From the NCBI GenBank assembly GCA_001795615.1, contig MGKI01000002.1:2760-66759 (forward strand): DNA of 64,000 nucleotides, read 5' to 3'. Position numbers and translations under genes: made by a program. Below, in pieces: positions 38,190 to 49,412 of the stretch. A model generated the notes under the pieces. That model was given only the letters and a program-made list of their open reading frames with translations. It was not told where the DNA came from and made no database searches. How positions within the stretch are numbered: the stretch's first letter is position 1; every line of letters starts with the position of its first letter. This DNA is from Candidatus Yanofskybacteria bacterium RIFCSPLOWO2_01_FULL_42_49 (GTDB taxonomy: Bacteria; Patescibacteriota; Minisyncoccia; 2-02-FULL-40-12; GWA2-44-9).

Positions 38190-38555
38190 TTAGCTTCTAG
38201 GTTTTAGGTTGTCAATCAAAGAATTCAACATTTTCATAACTTCCATTAGCAGTTGATCTGCCTTATTATAGTTTAGACTTTTTGTTTTAGCCAACCTTTT
38301 AGCTATTTCTATCTGTGTTTCTAATTCTGCACCCGAACCATATGCATTTAGTAAAAAATGCCTATAGTCTTTTCTCGTGCCACGCAATCGTCCTTCTGCG
38401 ATATTAGACGGTATTGAGATGGATGCTCTTCTCATCTGAGAAGTTAACCCATAATTTTCTTCTTTGGGAAAATCTTCAGTTAGAAGATAAACCTCCGTTA
38501 CAAGATTCATGGCTTTTTGCCAAACTATTAAATCCTTATATCCATTTAGAACCAT
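38190..38555 (-). CDS. Four-helix-bundle protein of the 23S rRNA intervening-sequence / Avd-like family
   Basis: DLIVWQKAMNLVTEVY...FPKEENYGLTSQMRRASISIPSNIAEG...FLLNAYGSGAELETQIEIA is the canonical family motif. Confidence 0.8.
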   Translation of the reverse strand: MVLNGYKDLIVWQKAMNLVTEVYLLTEDFPKEENYGLTSQMRRASISIPSNIAEGRLRGTRKDYRHFLLNAYGSGAELETQIEIAKRLAKTKSLNYNKADQLLMEVMKMLNSLIDNLKPRS

Positions 38556-38606
38556 AATCTTTCTCTCCTAGTCCCCTCCTAAAACCTAACACCTAAAATC
38601 TAAAAC

Positions 38607-38873
38607 CTATAACCCTAATTTTTGTTTCATTTTGCGCTTTTCCTCTTCAAATGTCTCATCGTCATACTTGCCAAGCTTGGTCAGTCGTTTCCTTAATTCG
38701 CCAAGGTGCATACCCATAATAGCGGCATTTTTTTCTTTTCTTTCGTTCATTTTTTTCTGACGATGTTGATCCTTCTTTGCTTTAAGCAAAACTCCGCTTT
38801 GCTGAACAAAACGGTTAAATCGTCTCATTAAACTCCCCACTGACTCGTTCGGTTTTCGTTTTACTTCAACCAT
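38607..38873 (-). CDS. rpsU: 30S ribosomal protein S21
   Basis: VEVKRKPNESVGSLMRRFNRFVQQSGVLLKAKK; basic; 88 aa. Confidence 0.75.
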   Translation of the reverse strand: MVEVKRKPNESVGSLMRRFNRFVQQSGVLLKAKKDQHRQKKMNERKEKNAAIMGMHLGELRKRLTKLGKYDDETFEEEKRKMKQKLGL

Positions 38874-38977
38874 ATTTGACCTCCTTTCGCGATGATTGTC
38901 TGCAAGCGTAAGCGAGCAGATACAATCATCAGCGTCCGCCGAAGCTTTATGCGAAGGCGGACTGCTACATTATTATT

Positions 38978-39322
38978 TTACTCTTTAACTAATTTTGGTC
39001 CCAGTCTTTTCCCCCCTAACAAATGTATGTGAAAGTGGGGAACAAGTTTGCCTCCATGATCGCCTTCATTAATTATTAGCCTATAACCATTTTTTAAGCC
39101 CTGTTTGTGAGCAACCTTGTCAGCAACAATCAACGCTTTACCAAGCAGTTCTTCGTCTTTATGAAAATCTTCAATGTTTAAAAAGTGCCTTATGGGAACA
39201 ATCAGCAAATGAACGGGCGCTTGCGGGTTAATGTCTTTGATCACCCAAAAATCATCGTCCTTATAAACAACATCGGCCTTCAGTTCGCCATTCAATATTT
39301 TACAGAAAACATCGGTAATCAA
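38978..39322 (-). CDS. HIT-family (histidine triad) nucleotide hydrolase
   Basis: HFHIHLLGG (HxHxHxx). Confidence 0.85.
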   Translation of the reverse strand: MITDVFCKILNGELKADVVYKDDDFWVIKDINPQAPVHLLIVPIRHFLNIEDFHKDEELLGKALIVADKVAHKQGLKNGYRLIINEGDHGGKLVPHFHIHLLGGKRLGPKLVKE

Positions 39323-39387
39323 AACAGGTTTTAGGAATTAGGTTTTAAGTTTTAGGTTGAGAATTATTAGAACCTAGAACCTAAAAG

Positions 39388-40695
39388 CTAACTGCTTCTT
39401 AAACGCTTCTTAACTTCCTCCACTATCTTCTCTAACGGTATGGTTTCCTGAATGCCAGTTTCCATTTCTCTCAATATTATCGTACCCTCCAGCGCCTCTT
39501 TCTGCCCGAAGATAAGAGCAAATCTCACTCCAAGCCGGTTAGCTATTCTTAATTGTGATTTAATACTGTCTCTGCCGATCGACGACTTGGCGTCTATGCC
39601 CGCTTTGCGGAAACTTTCGTAAAGGTTAATGCTTTTTCTTTTTGCCGCCTCGCCAAGCTGTACCAGAAATATTTTCGGCCGAGAAACTCCATCGTGGATA
39701 TTGGCATTTTTTTCTTTAAGAGCCAGAACTATTCTATCCACCCCCAGTGCCCATCCGGCAGCAGGAGTTTTAGACCCGCCCAGTATTTCTACGAGCCTAT
39801 CATAACGGCCGCCTGCAATAACTGATGATTGCGCCCCCCCCTGCCCTGAGCCAGTCGAAGGGTCTTCGTCAGGCATAAATTCAAAAACAGTCCTGGTGTA
39901 ATAATCCAACCCCCTTACAAGACGAGGGTTTAGAATATATGGCACCTTCACTTCATCCAAAAATTCTAAAACATGTTTAAAGTGAGCCCGGCAATCGTCA
40001 TCAAGAAAATCAACAATCTGAGGAGTCTCCTTGGCCGCTTCTATACATTCAGCTTCCTTGCAATCAAGCAGACGGAGAATATTTGTCTTCAGTCTGTTCT
40101 TGCAGTTGGAACACAATTTTTTTGTCCTATTTTTATAATATTCCTTGAGAGCCTTCAGGTATGCGGGACGGCAGCTGCTGTCTCCCAAACTGTTTATGTG
40201 CACACTGTAACCATCTAGTCCCAGCATATCCAATAATTTATAGCCGAGAAATATTAACTCCGCATCAACGGCCTCAGAGCTGTCGCCTATTGTTTCTACT
40301 CCCAACTGATAGAACTGTCTGTATCGGCCATGCTGAGGTTGGTCATGCCTAAACATAGGACCCCAATAAAAAAGCTTGACGGGATGGGGCCTGACATTCA
40401 TACCGTTTTCTATGTACGCCCTGACAACACCGGCTGTTCCTTCGGGACGCAAGGCTAAGACATCTCCGCCTTTTGTTTTGAGGGTATAAATTTCTTTCTC
40501 CGCTATGTCTGAGGTTTCCCCGACAGAACGCAAAAAAAGATCCATCGACTCAAGTAACGGAGTGTCGATCCTTTCAAACCCGTAATATTCTAAAAGCGAC
40601 TCTCCTTTTTTGAGTATGTGCCTGAAATATCTCTGATCCTCAGGGAGAGTATCGTGCATTCCCTTGGGAGATTGGATTTGTTTTGGCTTCGCCAC
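39388..40695 (-). CDS. hisS: Histidyl-tRNA synthetase
   Basis: Class II aaRS motifs, GGRYD, anticodon-binding C-terminus. Confidence 0.9.
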   Translation of the reverse strand: MAKPKQIQSPKGMHDTLPEDQRYFRHILKKGESLLEYYGFERIDTPLLESMDLFLRSVGETSDIAEKEIYTLKTKGGDVLALRPEGTAGVVRAYIENGMNVRPHPVKLFYWGPMFRHDQPQHGRYRQFYQLGVETIGDSSEAVDAELIFLGYKLLDMLGLDGYSVHINSLGDSSCRPAYLKALKEYYKNRTKKLCSNCKNRLKTNILRLLDCKEAECIEAAKETPQIVDFLDDDCRAHFKHVLEFLDEVKVPYILNPRLVRGLDYYTRTVFEFMPDEDPSTGSGQGGAQSSVIAGGRYDRLVEILGGSKTPAAGWALGVDRIVLALKEKNANIHDGVSRPKIFLVQLGEAAKRKSINLYESFRKAGIDAKSSIGRDSIKSQLRIANRLGVRFALIFGQKEALEGTIILREMETGIQETIPLEKIVEEVKKRLRSS

Positions 40696-40790
40696 AATAT
40701 AAGCATGTAAGCTGGTAAGTATATTAAGCTGGTAAGTATTTGAAAGATTCGTTAGCTTACTGGCTTATTAGCTTACTGGCTTATTAGCTC

Positions 40791-41381
40791 TTAATAAACT
40801 GCTCCTTTTATTTTATCGAACTTCGTGAACGGCCACGCTCTTAAAAACGCTTTTCCTGTTATAAGTGATTTGTTTACCGGCCCCCAGCGCCTTGAATCAG
40901 AACTTGCCAAACGATTATCTCCTAAAACAAAATATTCGCTGCCGTCCAAACGAATAAGCATATTTCCAAGAGTTTCCTGTTCCGAGCTCAGATAGTCCTC
41001 TTGAAGTTCAAGCCCACCCGAGCTTTGGCTGTTGTAAATTATCACCTTGTTATTCTTCACCTCTATTGTTTCGCCCGGCAATCCGATTATTCTTTTAACG
41101 AAAAATTGACTTTGGTCTTCGGGATACCGGAATATTACTACATCGCCCCGGGACGGTTCAGAAAAACGATATGATATTTCGTCAACCAAAAGATAATCCC
41201 CGTCTTCAAAATTTGGCTCCATGGACGCGCCTTTTACAAAAAACGGCTGAACAAGATAGTACCTTATCGGAAGTATAATGGCAAGGGAAATAACTATTAC
41301 CTTTATCGTCTCCCAAACAAAGGCAAGAAGTTCGTTTCTTGATGCTTGTGGTGTATTATTTTGGATATTTTCCTCATTCAT
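40791..41381 (-). CDS. lepB: Signal peptidase I
   Basis: N-terminal TM plus VKGASMEPNFEDGDYLLV (S26 catalytic Ser). Confidence 0.85.
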   Translation of the reverse strand: MNEENIQNNTPQASRNELLAFVWETIKVIVISLAIILPIRYYLVQPFFVKGASMEPNFEDGDYLLVDEISYRFSEPSRGDVVIFRYPEDQSQFFVKRIIGLPGETIEVKNNKVIIYNSQSSGGLELQEDYLSSEQETLGNMLIRLDGSEYFVLGDNRLASSDSRRWGPVNKSLITGKAFLRAWPFTKFDKIKGAVY

Positions 41382-41459
41382 CGCCTAATTTTACACCAAA
41401 TTTTGTCTCATTACAACTGGCGATTTTTATGAAAACAAATAAGGAGCGTTTGGCTCCTT

Positions 41460-42167
41460 TTATGATCGGGTCCTGACTTTCAAAAGCGGGCAAATGCCGC
41501 GCTTACCCGTCTTAACATACTCACGCACCAACATCACTCTCGGGTTTTCTGATTTGCCAACCTTATCTGCAACCCAAGCGGCTACCAAAAGTATAGCTAT
41601 TACCAACATTGCAACAAAAGAGATTAGTGTCCAATTCCAAGTCGTCTGCGGATATGACCATAACAGCCATGCGTACAAAGCCGGAAACACTACCAGATAC
41701 GGCTTGAGTTCCAATTTGCCGATTCGCGGAAATGATATCTGTTTCACCTCAACGGCAAATATATTCCCCTCTCGTTTCATAACCTCTATAGTCGGCCACG
41801 GATAATAGCCGAATAGAAACATAAAATGAGCATAAACAACCGTTTTGACAGTTTGCCACGCGCCGATAACCGTAAAAAGCAAAGGAGTCCAGAACACTCG
41901 CCAGAAATAGCCACAGAGACCTATCTGGTAGTATTCTAAATGGTTGACTTTGACGTAATCACAAGTGTGGGTCTGAAAGGTTTCGTGCATTTTCCATCCG
42001 TAACATTTCTTGCATGCCCGATAATGCAGCGAGTCAGAGTCAACAAGCAGTGACCCATCTTTGTCCTTTTCCAAACAAGCAAAAAGCAGAAATCCGACTG
42101 CGGCCAGAACGTATGCCCCGGCAAACAACCCTAGACAGTAAAGAACCGACCAACCGAAAGATGGCAT
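41460..42167 (-). CDS. Hypothetical polytopic membrane protein
   Basis: Hydrophobic, Trp/Tyr-rich; no motif recognised. Confidence 0.4.
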   Translation of the reverse strand: MPSFGWSVLYCLGLFAGAYVLAAVGFLLFACLEKDKDGSLLVDSDSLHYRACKKCYGWKMHETFQTHTCDYVKVNHLEYYQIGLCGYFWRVFWTPLLFTVIGAWQTVKTVVYAHFMFLFGYYPWPTIEVMKREGNIFAVEVKQISFPRIGKLELKPYLVVFPALYAWLLWSYPQTTWNWTLISFVAMLVIAILLVAAWVADKVGKSENPRVMLVREYVKTGKRGICPLLKVRTRS

Positions 42168-42260
42168 TTTGCCCCCTTTCCTTAAGGCCTAAGTAATGTA
42201 TCACATCCATAGTTAAAGTCAAGATTGGTTTTTTTGTGTGAGGCAGTATAATTTAATTCT

Positions 42261-42863
<603 letters not shown>

Positions 42864-42883
42864 TTGATCTAATCTCTAAATAA

Positions 42884-42914
42884 CCAAAAAATCCGCCTTA
42901 AGCGGATTTTTTGG
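42884..42914. terminator. Bidirectional rho-independent terminator hairpin flanked by A- and T-runs
   Basis: ccaaaaaatccgc-cttaa-gcggattttttgg. Confidence 0.6.
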
Positions 42915-43097
42915 TTTGAATAACTATCCAAACATGAATATTATAACGCCGCTGGCTTGACCAAGATTGAGGCAAAAGCGAGTATTGCGACGAACCATAT
43001 TGTAATATGGTGAGGAGCAAACGGAGCTTTTAACGAAAATATTGGTCAAGAGCGTACTCCGATGTTTCCGGTCGGAGAGCGGCCAGCAAGTTATAAA

Positions 43098-43781
43098 CTA
43101 ATCCTCGATTCTTCTTCGTAATTTCCCGATCATCTCGTCTGCGTGCTTAACTCCGCCGAGGCCGAAGGCAAGACCAAAGGCCAATGCGGCAGCGGCGACA
43201 AAACCGACAACAACTATTCTGATAATGTCATCGGCAACTCTCAACTGAGCCAAAGACACAAGCAGGGTAAATACAAAAACCGCCCACCTGGTTAAAGCTC
43301 CGAGGAAATTGGCGGAAACCAATCCGGCTGCTTTAACCGATGCTCTTACTAATCCCTCCAAGAATTTTGCGACTAAAATACCAATTAATAATATGATAAC
43401 CGCAACCATTACATTGGGAAGATAGGATACGACGGTTCTCAAAAATTCCGTTACCTGATCAAGGCGAAGGATATTGGTAGCTGCCATTAAAAAGACAACT
43501 ATGAAGAACCACTTAACCAGCTCATAAAAAAACTTAGGCGTATCCAATCTGAAACCGCCCTTTTCCCACGCTTGCCTAAAACCGACTTTGGTCAAAGCGC
43601 TGTCAACGCGAAGCATTCTTACAACATGCCACGCAACTCTGCCCAAAAGCGCGGCTATCAGCCAGCCTACTAGAAAAACAACTACCGCCGCAACCAAACG
43701 GGGTACAAACCCGGCTACGCCGGTCCAGAGAGTTAATAATGATTCTCTTACAATATCCGATGCTGCTACTACTTGAAACAT
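43098..43781 (-). CDS. Membrane protein with repeated conserved TM-helix units (mechanosensitive-channel-associated type)
   Basis: Repeated hydrophobic helices with VxxxxxVxxV patterns; weak assignment. Confidence 0.45.
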   Translation of the reverse strand: MFQVVAASDIVRESLLTLWTGVAGFVPRLVAAVVVFLVGWLIAALLGRVAWHVVRMLRVDSALTKVGFRQAWEKGGFRLDTPKFFYELVKWFFIVVFLMAATNILRLDQVTEFLRTVVSYLPNVMVAVIILLIGILVAKFLEGLVRASVKAAGLVSANFLGALTRWAVFVFTLLVSLAQLRVADDIIRIVVVGFVAAAALAFGLAFGLGGVKHADEMIGKLRRRIED

Positions 43782-43987
43782 ACGCGCACCTCCTTCCTTC
43801 GCCCGCCGAAGCCTTGGCGAAGGCGGGGCTTAATCTCAATTATATTCACCCGTAAATTCTAACATTTTGAGCAAATTAGCCCTAGGTATAATGTGGATAA
43901 CCCCTCACCTTTTGAGCAACAGTGGCAAAACCGCTTTACTGATAATTGCTCAAAAGGTGAGGGGTGGACAACAAAAACCGAAAAATT

Positions 43988-45970
43988 CTAGACCAAAAAC
44001 CTCGCAATCAGCAAAGCCACGATATTGGCTACTTTGATCATAGGGTTAATGGCCGGGCCAGCTGTATCCTTATAAGGATCCCCTACCGTATCGCCTGTAA
44101 CCGCTGCTTTGTGAGCATCGGAGCCCTTGCCGCCGTATTGGCCTTCTTCAATAAACTTTTTTGCATTATCCCAAGCCGCTCCGCCGGAGGTCATTGAAAT
44201 AGCGACGAAAAGACCTGTAACTATCACGCCGACCAAAAGCCCTCCCAGTGCTTCCGGCCCAAGGATAAATCCAACCACTATCGGAAAAGCGATTGGAATT
44301 ATTGCCGGCACTATCATTTCTTTCAAAGCCGCTTGGGTAACGATATCAACCGCTTTGGCGTAATCGGGTTTTTGAGTACCTTGCATAATTCCCGGCATTT
44401 CCCGAAATTGTCGGCGAACTTCATCAACTATCGCTCCCCCGGCTCTTCCTACCGCTTGCATCGCCAGCGAACCGAAAAGATAAGGCATCATGCCGCCGAT
44501 AAGCAACCCCAGCAAAACTCTGACATCAGATAATTCAAATAATACGTTATACCCGAGATCGTAAAGTTCCTGGTTATAAGCGGCAAAAAGCACGAGTGCC
44601 GCAAGACCAGCCGAAGCAATAGCGTAACCCTTGGTAACAGCTTTAGTTGTATTGCCTACCGCGTCCAAGGGATCAGTGACATCTCTGACTGAATCAGGCA
44701 GTCCAGCCATTTCCGCAATACCGCCGGCGTTGTCAGTTATCGGGCCAAAGGCATCGATTGCGACAATAATCCCCGTAAGCGAGAGCATGCTCATTGTCGC
44801 AAGCGCTACGCCGTAAAGTCCGCCGAAAATATATGAAACCAGTATCCCCCCACCTATTATTAAAACCGGCCAGGCGGTTGACTGCATAGAAACGGCCAAC
44901 CCGGTGATAATGTTCGTGCCGTGCCCAGTAGTTGATGCTTTGGCGATGGACTGTACAGGTTTAAATTTCTTTGAAGTGTAGTATTCGGTAACTAAAACCA
45001 TAAGAGCAGTTACGACGATACCAACCACTAAAGCGCCAAATACATTCAAATTTCCTAAGTCAATAATATTTGTTCTTTTTACAACCCAGTAAAACATCCC
45101 GAGAAGCATTACAGTGGTAACAGCAAGACCCTTATACAAAGCCAGCATAATTCCACCGCCGGATAGACGAACAAATAAAGACCCGACAATAGATGCCACA
45201 ACCGCAAAAGAACCCACGAGCAACGGGAACTCAACCACATTTTTCAGTCCGCCGAACATCAGGTCGCCTAAAAGCATTACAGATAAAGCTGACACAACAT
45301 ATGTTTCAAACAAATCGGCGGCCATGCCGGCATCATCACCGACATTGTCCCCCACATTATCAGCTATAACCGCCGGGTTTCTTGGATCATCTTCCGGAAT
45401 TCCGGCCTCAACTTTCCCGACAAGATCCGCCCCCACATCAGCGCCTTTAGTAAAAATGCCCCCACCGAGACGAGCAAAAATAGATATCAAAGATGCTCCA
45501 AACCCTAAACCAATGAGAGACTTAACATCCTGGGTCCACCAATAAAACAGAGTCAGCGATAAAAGCGCCAAGCCAACCACAAAGAACCCCGTTACCGCTC
45601 CGCCCTTGAATGCCAGTCCGAAAGCACGCGCCAAACCATGTTTAGCTTCTTCGGTAACTCGGACATTGGCTCTCACGGCGACCATCATGCCGATATATCC
45701 GGCAAAGGCCGAGGCAACTGCTCCGACGACAAAACCTGCGGCAAGCGAAGTGCCCAGCCAATACCAAAGAACCAACACCGCCGCCAGCCCCACCCAAAAC
45801 ACAGTCTTATTCTGCCGGGCAAGATACGCAGAAGCGCCCTCTTGTATCGCTTTCTGAATCTCCCGCATTTTCTCATCGCCGGTTGGCTTTTTCAGCACCT
45901 GCCAAATTAAAAACGCCCCGTATCCGAGCGACGCAATCGACGCCAATAACGAAAATAGTAATATATTCAT
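43988..45970 (-). CDS. hppA: Membrane-bound proton/sodium-translocating pyrophosphatase
   Basis: [23 protein letters not shown] motifs; ~16 TM helices. Confidence 0.9.
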   Translation of the reverse strand: MNILLFSLLASIASLGYGAFLIWQVLKKPTGDEKMREIQKAIQEGASAYLARQNKTVFWVGLAAVLVLWYWLGTSLAAGFVVGAVASAFAGYIGMMVAVRANVRVTEEAKHGLARAFGLAFKGGAVTGFFVVGLALLSLTLFYWWTQDVKSLIGLGFGASLISIFARLGGGIFTKGADVGADLVGKVEAGIPEDDPRNPAVIADNVGDNVGDDAGMAADLFETYVVSALSVMLLGDLMFGGLKNVVEFPLLVGSFAVVASIVGSLFVRLSGGGIMLALYKGLAVTTVMLLGMFYWVVKRTNIIDLGNLNVFGALVVGIVVTALMVLVTEYYTSKKFKPVQSIAKASTTGHGTNIITGLAVSMQSTAWPVLIIGGGILVSYIFGGLYGVALATMSMLSLTGIIVAIDAFGPITDNAGGIAEMAGLPDSVRDVTDPLDAVGNTTKAVTKGYAIASAGLAALVLFAAYNQELYDLGYNVLFELSDVRVLLGLLIGGMMPYLFGSLAMQAVGRAGGAIVDEVRRQFREMPGIMQGTQKPDYAKAVDIVTQAALKEMIVPAIIPIAFPIVVGFILGPEALGGLLVGVIVTGLFVAISMTSGGAAWDNAKKFIEEGQYGGKGSDAHKAAVTGDTVGDPYKDTAGPAINPMIKVANIVALLIARFLV

Positions 45971-46038
45971 GGTAGATATGTTACAAAAAAATTACTCAAA
46001 ATTCAAGATCAACTTTTTTATAATCAGTTATCAGATTA

Positions 46039-46302
46039 TCAATTGCTGCGATATTTTAAAATTAGAATTACCAAAAATAACCAGAGGGCGGATTGGGTGG
46101 AGTAATTAATTATAAAAAGAATGTCGCCGATATTGATTGATCTGACAAGCATCAAAAGATCCCCCATAAACACAAGAAACACCATTAGAAAACTAATATC
46201 CTTGGCTGTTTTGTTTTTTAAAAGTTTTCCAATTTGCGGCACAGACGAAACAATAAAAACAAAAATTGCCACCAAAGAAAGAACATCTATAAAATTATAC
46301 AT
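46039..46302 (-). CDS. Small hydrophobic membrane protein (hypothetical)
   Basis: ORF track only. Confidence 0.3.
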   Translation of the reverse strand: MYNFIDVLSLVAIFVFIVSSVPQIGKLLKNKTAKDISFLMVFLVFMGDLLMLVRSINIGDILFIINYSTQSALWLFLVILILKYRSN

Positions 46303-46309
46303 ATCATAA

Positions 46310-47386
46310 TTACACTTTCGGCGCTTCTATTTCTTCCGGTTTCTCCTCTGTCTCCCCTATCTTAATCACCTTACTTACCCGTTCCGTCATTAACCCTAAT
46401 CGTTTCTCCGAATCCTCATAAGCCGATGTGGCGTTGGAAAGGTGGCTGCCAAGCTTGCGGAAAGTATCCGCCAGCTTAGCGCTATCAGCAACTATTCCCT
46501 CCAACTTCTTGATTATGGATTGGGTCTTTTGGTTTATGTGGACATCGCGATACCAGTGCTGAATGGCGGAAACGGACAAGGCAAAAGTATTCGGCGAAAC
46601 AAGAATTACTTTTTTCTTCCTGGCATAATCGGCGACATCTACATCTTTCATGTTGTTGATCATCTCATAATAAACCGTCTCCGCCGGCACGAACATCAGC
46701 GCAAAATCGGTTGTACCTTCTGCCGGAAGAATGTATTTAGAACTTATCTCGTCAATTTTCTTTTTTACATCAGAATAAAAAAGTTTGCGGTAGCCGTCTT
46801 TGTGGATATCGTTATCGGCATTAACCAGTTTCTGAAAATTATCCCAATTAAACTTTGAGTCAATCGGAAGCAAAATATCGTTCGGCAAACGCAAGGCCGC
46901 ATCCACCGCCTCGCCGGAGCTGAAATAATGCTGAATTAAATATCTGTCTTTAGGAAAGTACTGAGCCAGAGATGCCTCAAGAGACATTTCCCCCCACTGT
47001 CCACGAAGTTTAGGGTTTCTAAATAAATCCTGAAAAGAAACGACACTCTTTACTGAATCGTGCATGCCCTTCAAGCCTTCGTGGAGTTGGGTCATTCCTT
47101 GGGTAAAATTCTGGACTTGCTGATGAACCGTGAGAGTCGCTCGTTCCGATGCTTGGCGAGATTTCTCGAGCTGGTCATTTATCGCCTGGGACAAAGAATC
47201 CATGCGCTGGTGAAGAACCATGTAATTCGCGTCCGGCCCCTCTTTTCTTCTTGACTTTATAACCAAATACAAATTAATCCCCAGCATTATAAGGATAGAG
47301 ATAGAAACGGCTGCGATTAGTACGGTAATGGGACTTATCATGATTATGATTATAATATAGTTGTTAAGACGGTTTTTGGCAACCAA
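46310..47386 (-). CDS. rmuC: DNA recombination protein RmuC
   Basis: N-terminal TM, coiled coil, DSKFN / DFALMFVP / VILVSPNT motifs as in RmuC. Confidence 0.7.
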   Translation of the reverse strand: MVAKNRLNNYIIIIIMISPITVLIAAVSISILIMLGINLYLVIKSRRKEGPDANYMVLHQRMDSLSQAINDQLEKSRQASERATLTVHQQVQNFTQGMTQLHEGLKGMHDSVKSVVSFQDLFRNPKLRGQWGEMSLEASLAQYFPKDRYLIQHYFSSGEAVDAALRLPNDILLPIDSKFNWDNFQKLVNADNDIHKDGYRKLFYSDVKKKIDEISSKYILPAEGTTDFALMFVPAETVYYEMINNMKDVDVADYARKKKVILVSPNTFALSVSAIQHWYRDVHINQKTQSIIKKLEGIVADSAKLADTFRKLGSHLSNATSAYEDSEKRLGLMTERVSKVIKIGETEEKPEEIEAPKV

Positions 47387-47424
47387 TAAATTAAAATTTT
47401 TTTATTTGACTAAACATAAAAATA

Positions 47425-47814
47425 TTGGTATCTTCTTGCCAATTCTTTAACAAACAAAAGGGCTCAGTGCCATACATAGAAAAAAATGACAGAGCCACAC
47501 TTGATCCATACATTGACCGGCTAAGCGATGTTATTACCGAACAAGCCAACCAAGACAAGACTTTCAAGGGCCTCTTAAAATTTGCCGGCTTTTTAAACTA
47601 TGTCTTCACCAGAATTACTTTAAAAGTTCTAAAATCGCTCTTTGGAAAGTTCAGCTATTGGATGTTTGCTCTGATAATCGGAGTCCTTATTACAATGGTC
47701 TTTGAAATGTATAGAAGAGTTATTGCGCCATATGAAGATAAGAAAATAAAAGAGAACGGCGATGTTGATGTTTTTGAAGAATTTTCTGGTAAGAAAGAGG
47801 GCTGGGATGCCTAA
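47425..47814 (+). CDS. Hypothetical small membrane protein
   Basis: ORF track only. Confidence 0.3.
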   Translation: MVSSCQFFNKQKGSVPYIEKNDRATLDPYIDRLSDVITEQANQDKTFKGLLKFAGFLNYVFTRITLKVLKSLFGKFSYWMFALIIGVLITMVFEMYRRVIAPYEDKKIKENGDVDVFEEFSGKKEGWDA

Positions 47815-48763
47815 GAGCAAAGCCAAAAGTTCCCAGCTTATTATTTTTGAAGACGGCACTCTATATCACATAGACTTAAGACGGTCCGACAACATGCCTC
47901 ACAATGTTCTTCTGGTCGGAGCCTCTGATAGGGTTGACTTGATATCGTCCCATTTCGATATGATCACATTTGAAAACCGAAACAAAGCACGACCCGAATT
48001 CCATACAATTGTTGGAATATACAAAGACCTGCCAGTGGCGGCAATGTCCATCGGTATCGGAATGGGCCCGATAGATATTGCAGTTAATGAACTGCATGCT
48101 TTGTTTGAATACGATCACAAAATGGATTCATGGACATTCAGAAAAAAACCCAGAATAAACATCATTAGGGTCGGCACTTGCGGCACTTCCCTGCCGGAAG
48201 TTTCTGCCGGTGCACTCGCCATTTCATCCCACGGTATCGGGCTAGACAATTTGGGCGCATATTACCCCATACCCGTCCGGGAACGAGACCCGCTGACGAT
48301 AAAAATAGAACAAAATTTCTTGAGAACCAAGATAGGCACAATCAATCCTCTTGCCTATTGCTCTCCAGCCAGTCCAACAACAGTCTGGGCACTGAGAAAA
48401 TCAGCTGAAGCGTTAGGAGAAGGTCACAATGTTGTTAGGGGGATAACCACTGCGTCTCCCGGATTCTTCGGTCCGGAAGGGCGCCAAATCGGTAGACTTA
48501 AGACTGCCTTTAGCTCTGGAGATTTCAGAAAAATAATTCAGTCGTTCAACGTTAATGGACTAAAAATAATAAACCATGAAATGGAAACGGGTATTCTTTT
48601 CCGCCTCGGTCATGAACATCTCAGTTATAATGTCGGCGCCATTTGTCTTGTAATAGATAATCTAGCCACCGACGAAGTTATCACCGGTGATGAGGCCAAG
48701 GAAAAAATGAATGTCTGTATTAAAGTAGCTCTTAATTCTTTAGTTGCTTTTTCAAACAAATAA
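47807..48763 (+). CDS. Nucleoside phosphorylase, PNP/UDP family
   Basis: VLLVGASDRV ... MSIGIGMGPIDIAVNEL pattern of PNP_UDP_1; start taken at MPKSK. Confidence 0.6.
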   Translation: MPKSKAKSSQLIIFEDGTLYHIDLRRSDNMPHNVLLVGASDRVDLISSHFDMITFENRNKARPEFHTIVGIYKDLPVAAMSIGIGMGPIDIAVNELHALFEYDHKMDSWTFRKKPRINIIRVGTCGTSLPEVSAGALAISSHGIGLDNLGAYYPIPVRERDPLTIKIEQNFLRTKIGTINPLAYCSPASPTTVWALRKSAEALGEGHNVVRGITTASPGFFGPEGRQIGRLKTAFSSGDFRKIIQSFNVNGLKIINHEMETGILFRLGHEHLSYNVGAICLVIDNLATDEVITGDEAKEKMNVCIKVALNSLVAFSNK

Positions 48764-48789
48764 CCGCCTCGGAGGCGGTTATTATATTT

Positions 48790-48865
48790 TGGTGGACCGT
48801 AGGAGACTCGAACTCCTGACCTCCTCATTGCAAATGAGGCGCTCTACCAACTGAGCTAACGGCCC
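48790..48865 (-). tRNA. tRNA-Ala (anticodon TGC) with encoded CCA
   Basis: Hand fold: acceptor GGGCCGT with the G3:U70 alanine identity pair, anticodon stem CCTCA/TGAGG with loop TT-TGC-AA, T-arm AGGAG-TTCGAGT-CTCCT. Confidence 0.85.
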
Positions 48866-49041
48866 AATATTTTGAAATCTCTAATTTCAAAATATCAAAA
48901 TCTTTAAAAAATTATATTTGGAATTCCTGCCTGCTGGTAGGCAGGTGTTTAGATATTAGAAATTATAAATTCCAGACAACTGGCTTGGCAGTTATCTGGT
49001 ATTATGTTATATTTTACCATAAGATCTTTGTGTTTTAAAGG

Positions 49042-49389
49042 ATGCAGACAATGAATATCACGGTTACAGATAAAGCCGCTGATAAAATAAAGAAACTGCT
49101 GGCCGAAGAAAATAAAAAGTTTTTGAGAGTCTTTGTTCAAGGCGGAGGATGTTCTGGATTTCAGTATGGACTAGCTTTAGCAGGTGACAAAAATGAAGAA
49201 CATGACAAACGGAAAGACGAGGTACCGACCGAAGCAAATGGAGTTATGATACTGGTAGATCCGATCAGTTCTAGATATTTAGACGGCTCAACCATAGACT
49301 TCGTTGATAATCTGGTAGGCGGCGGATTTACAGTTAAGAATCCCAACGCCAAGTCAACCTGCGGCTGCGGACAGTCGTTTGATGCATAA
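49042..49389 (+). CDS. HesB/IscA-family iron-sulfur cluster insertion protein
   Basis: Three conserved Cys (GGGCSGFQY ... CGCGQSF). Confidence 0.85.
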   Translation: MQTMNITVTDKAADKIKKLLAEENKKFLRVFVQGGGCSGFQYGLALAGDKNEEHDKRKDEVPTEANGVMILVDPISSRYLDGSTIDFVDNLVGGGFTVKNPNAKSTCGCGQSFDA

Positions 49390-49412
49390 TAAATCCCGGA
49401 TATCCGGGATTT

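Noticed and set aside
38190-38555. The second four-helix-bundle gene could be part of a second DGR.
   Set aside because: There is no second RT, TR or VR nearby. It sits beside rpsU, where this family is commonly found, independent of DGRs.
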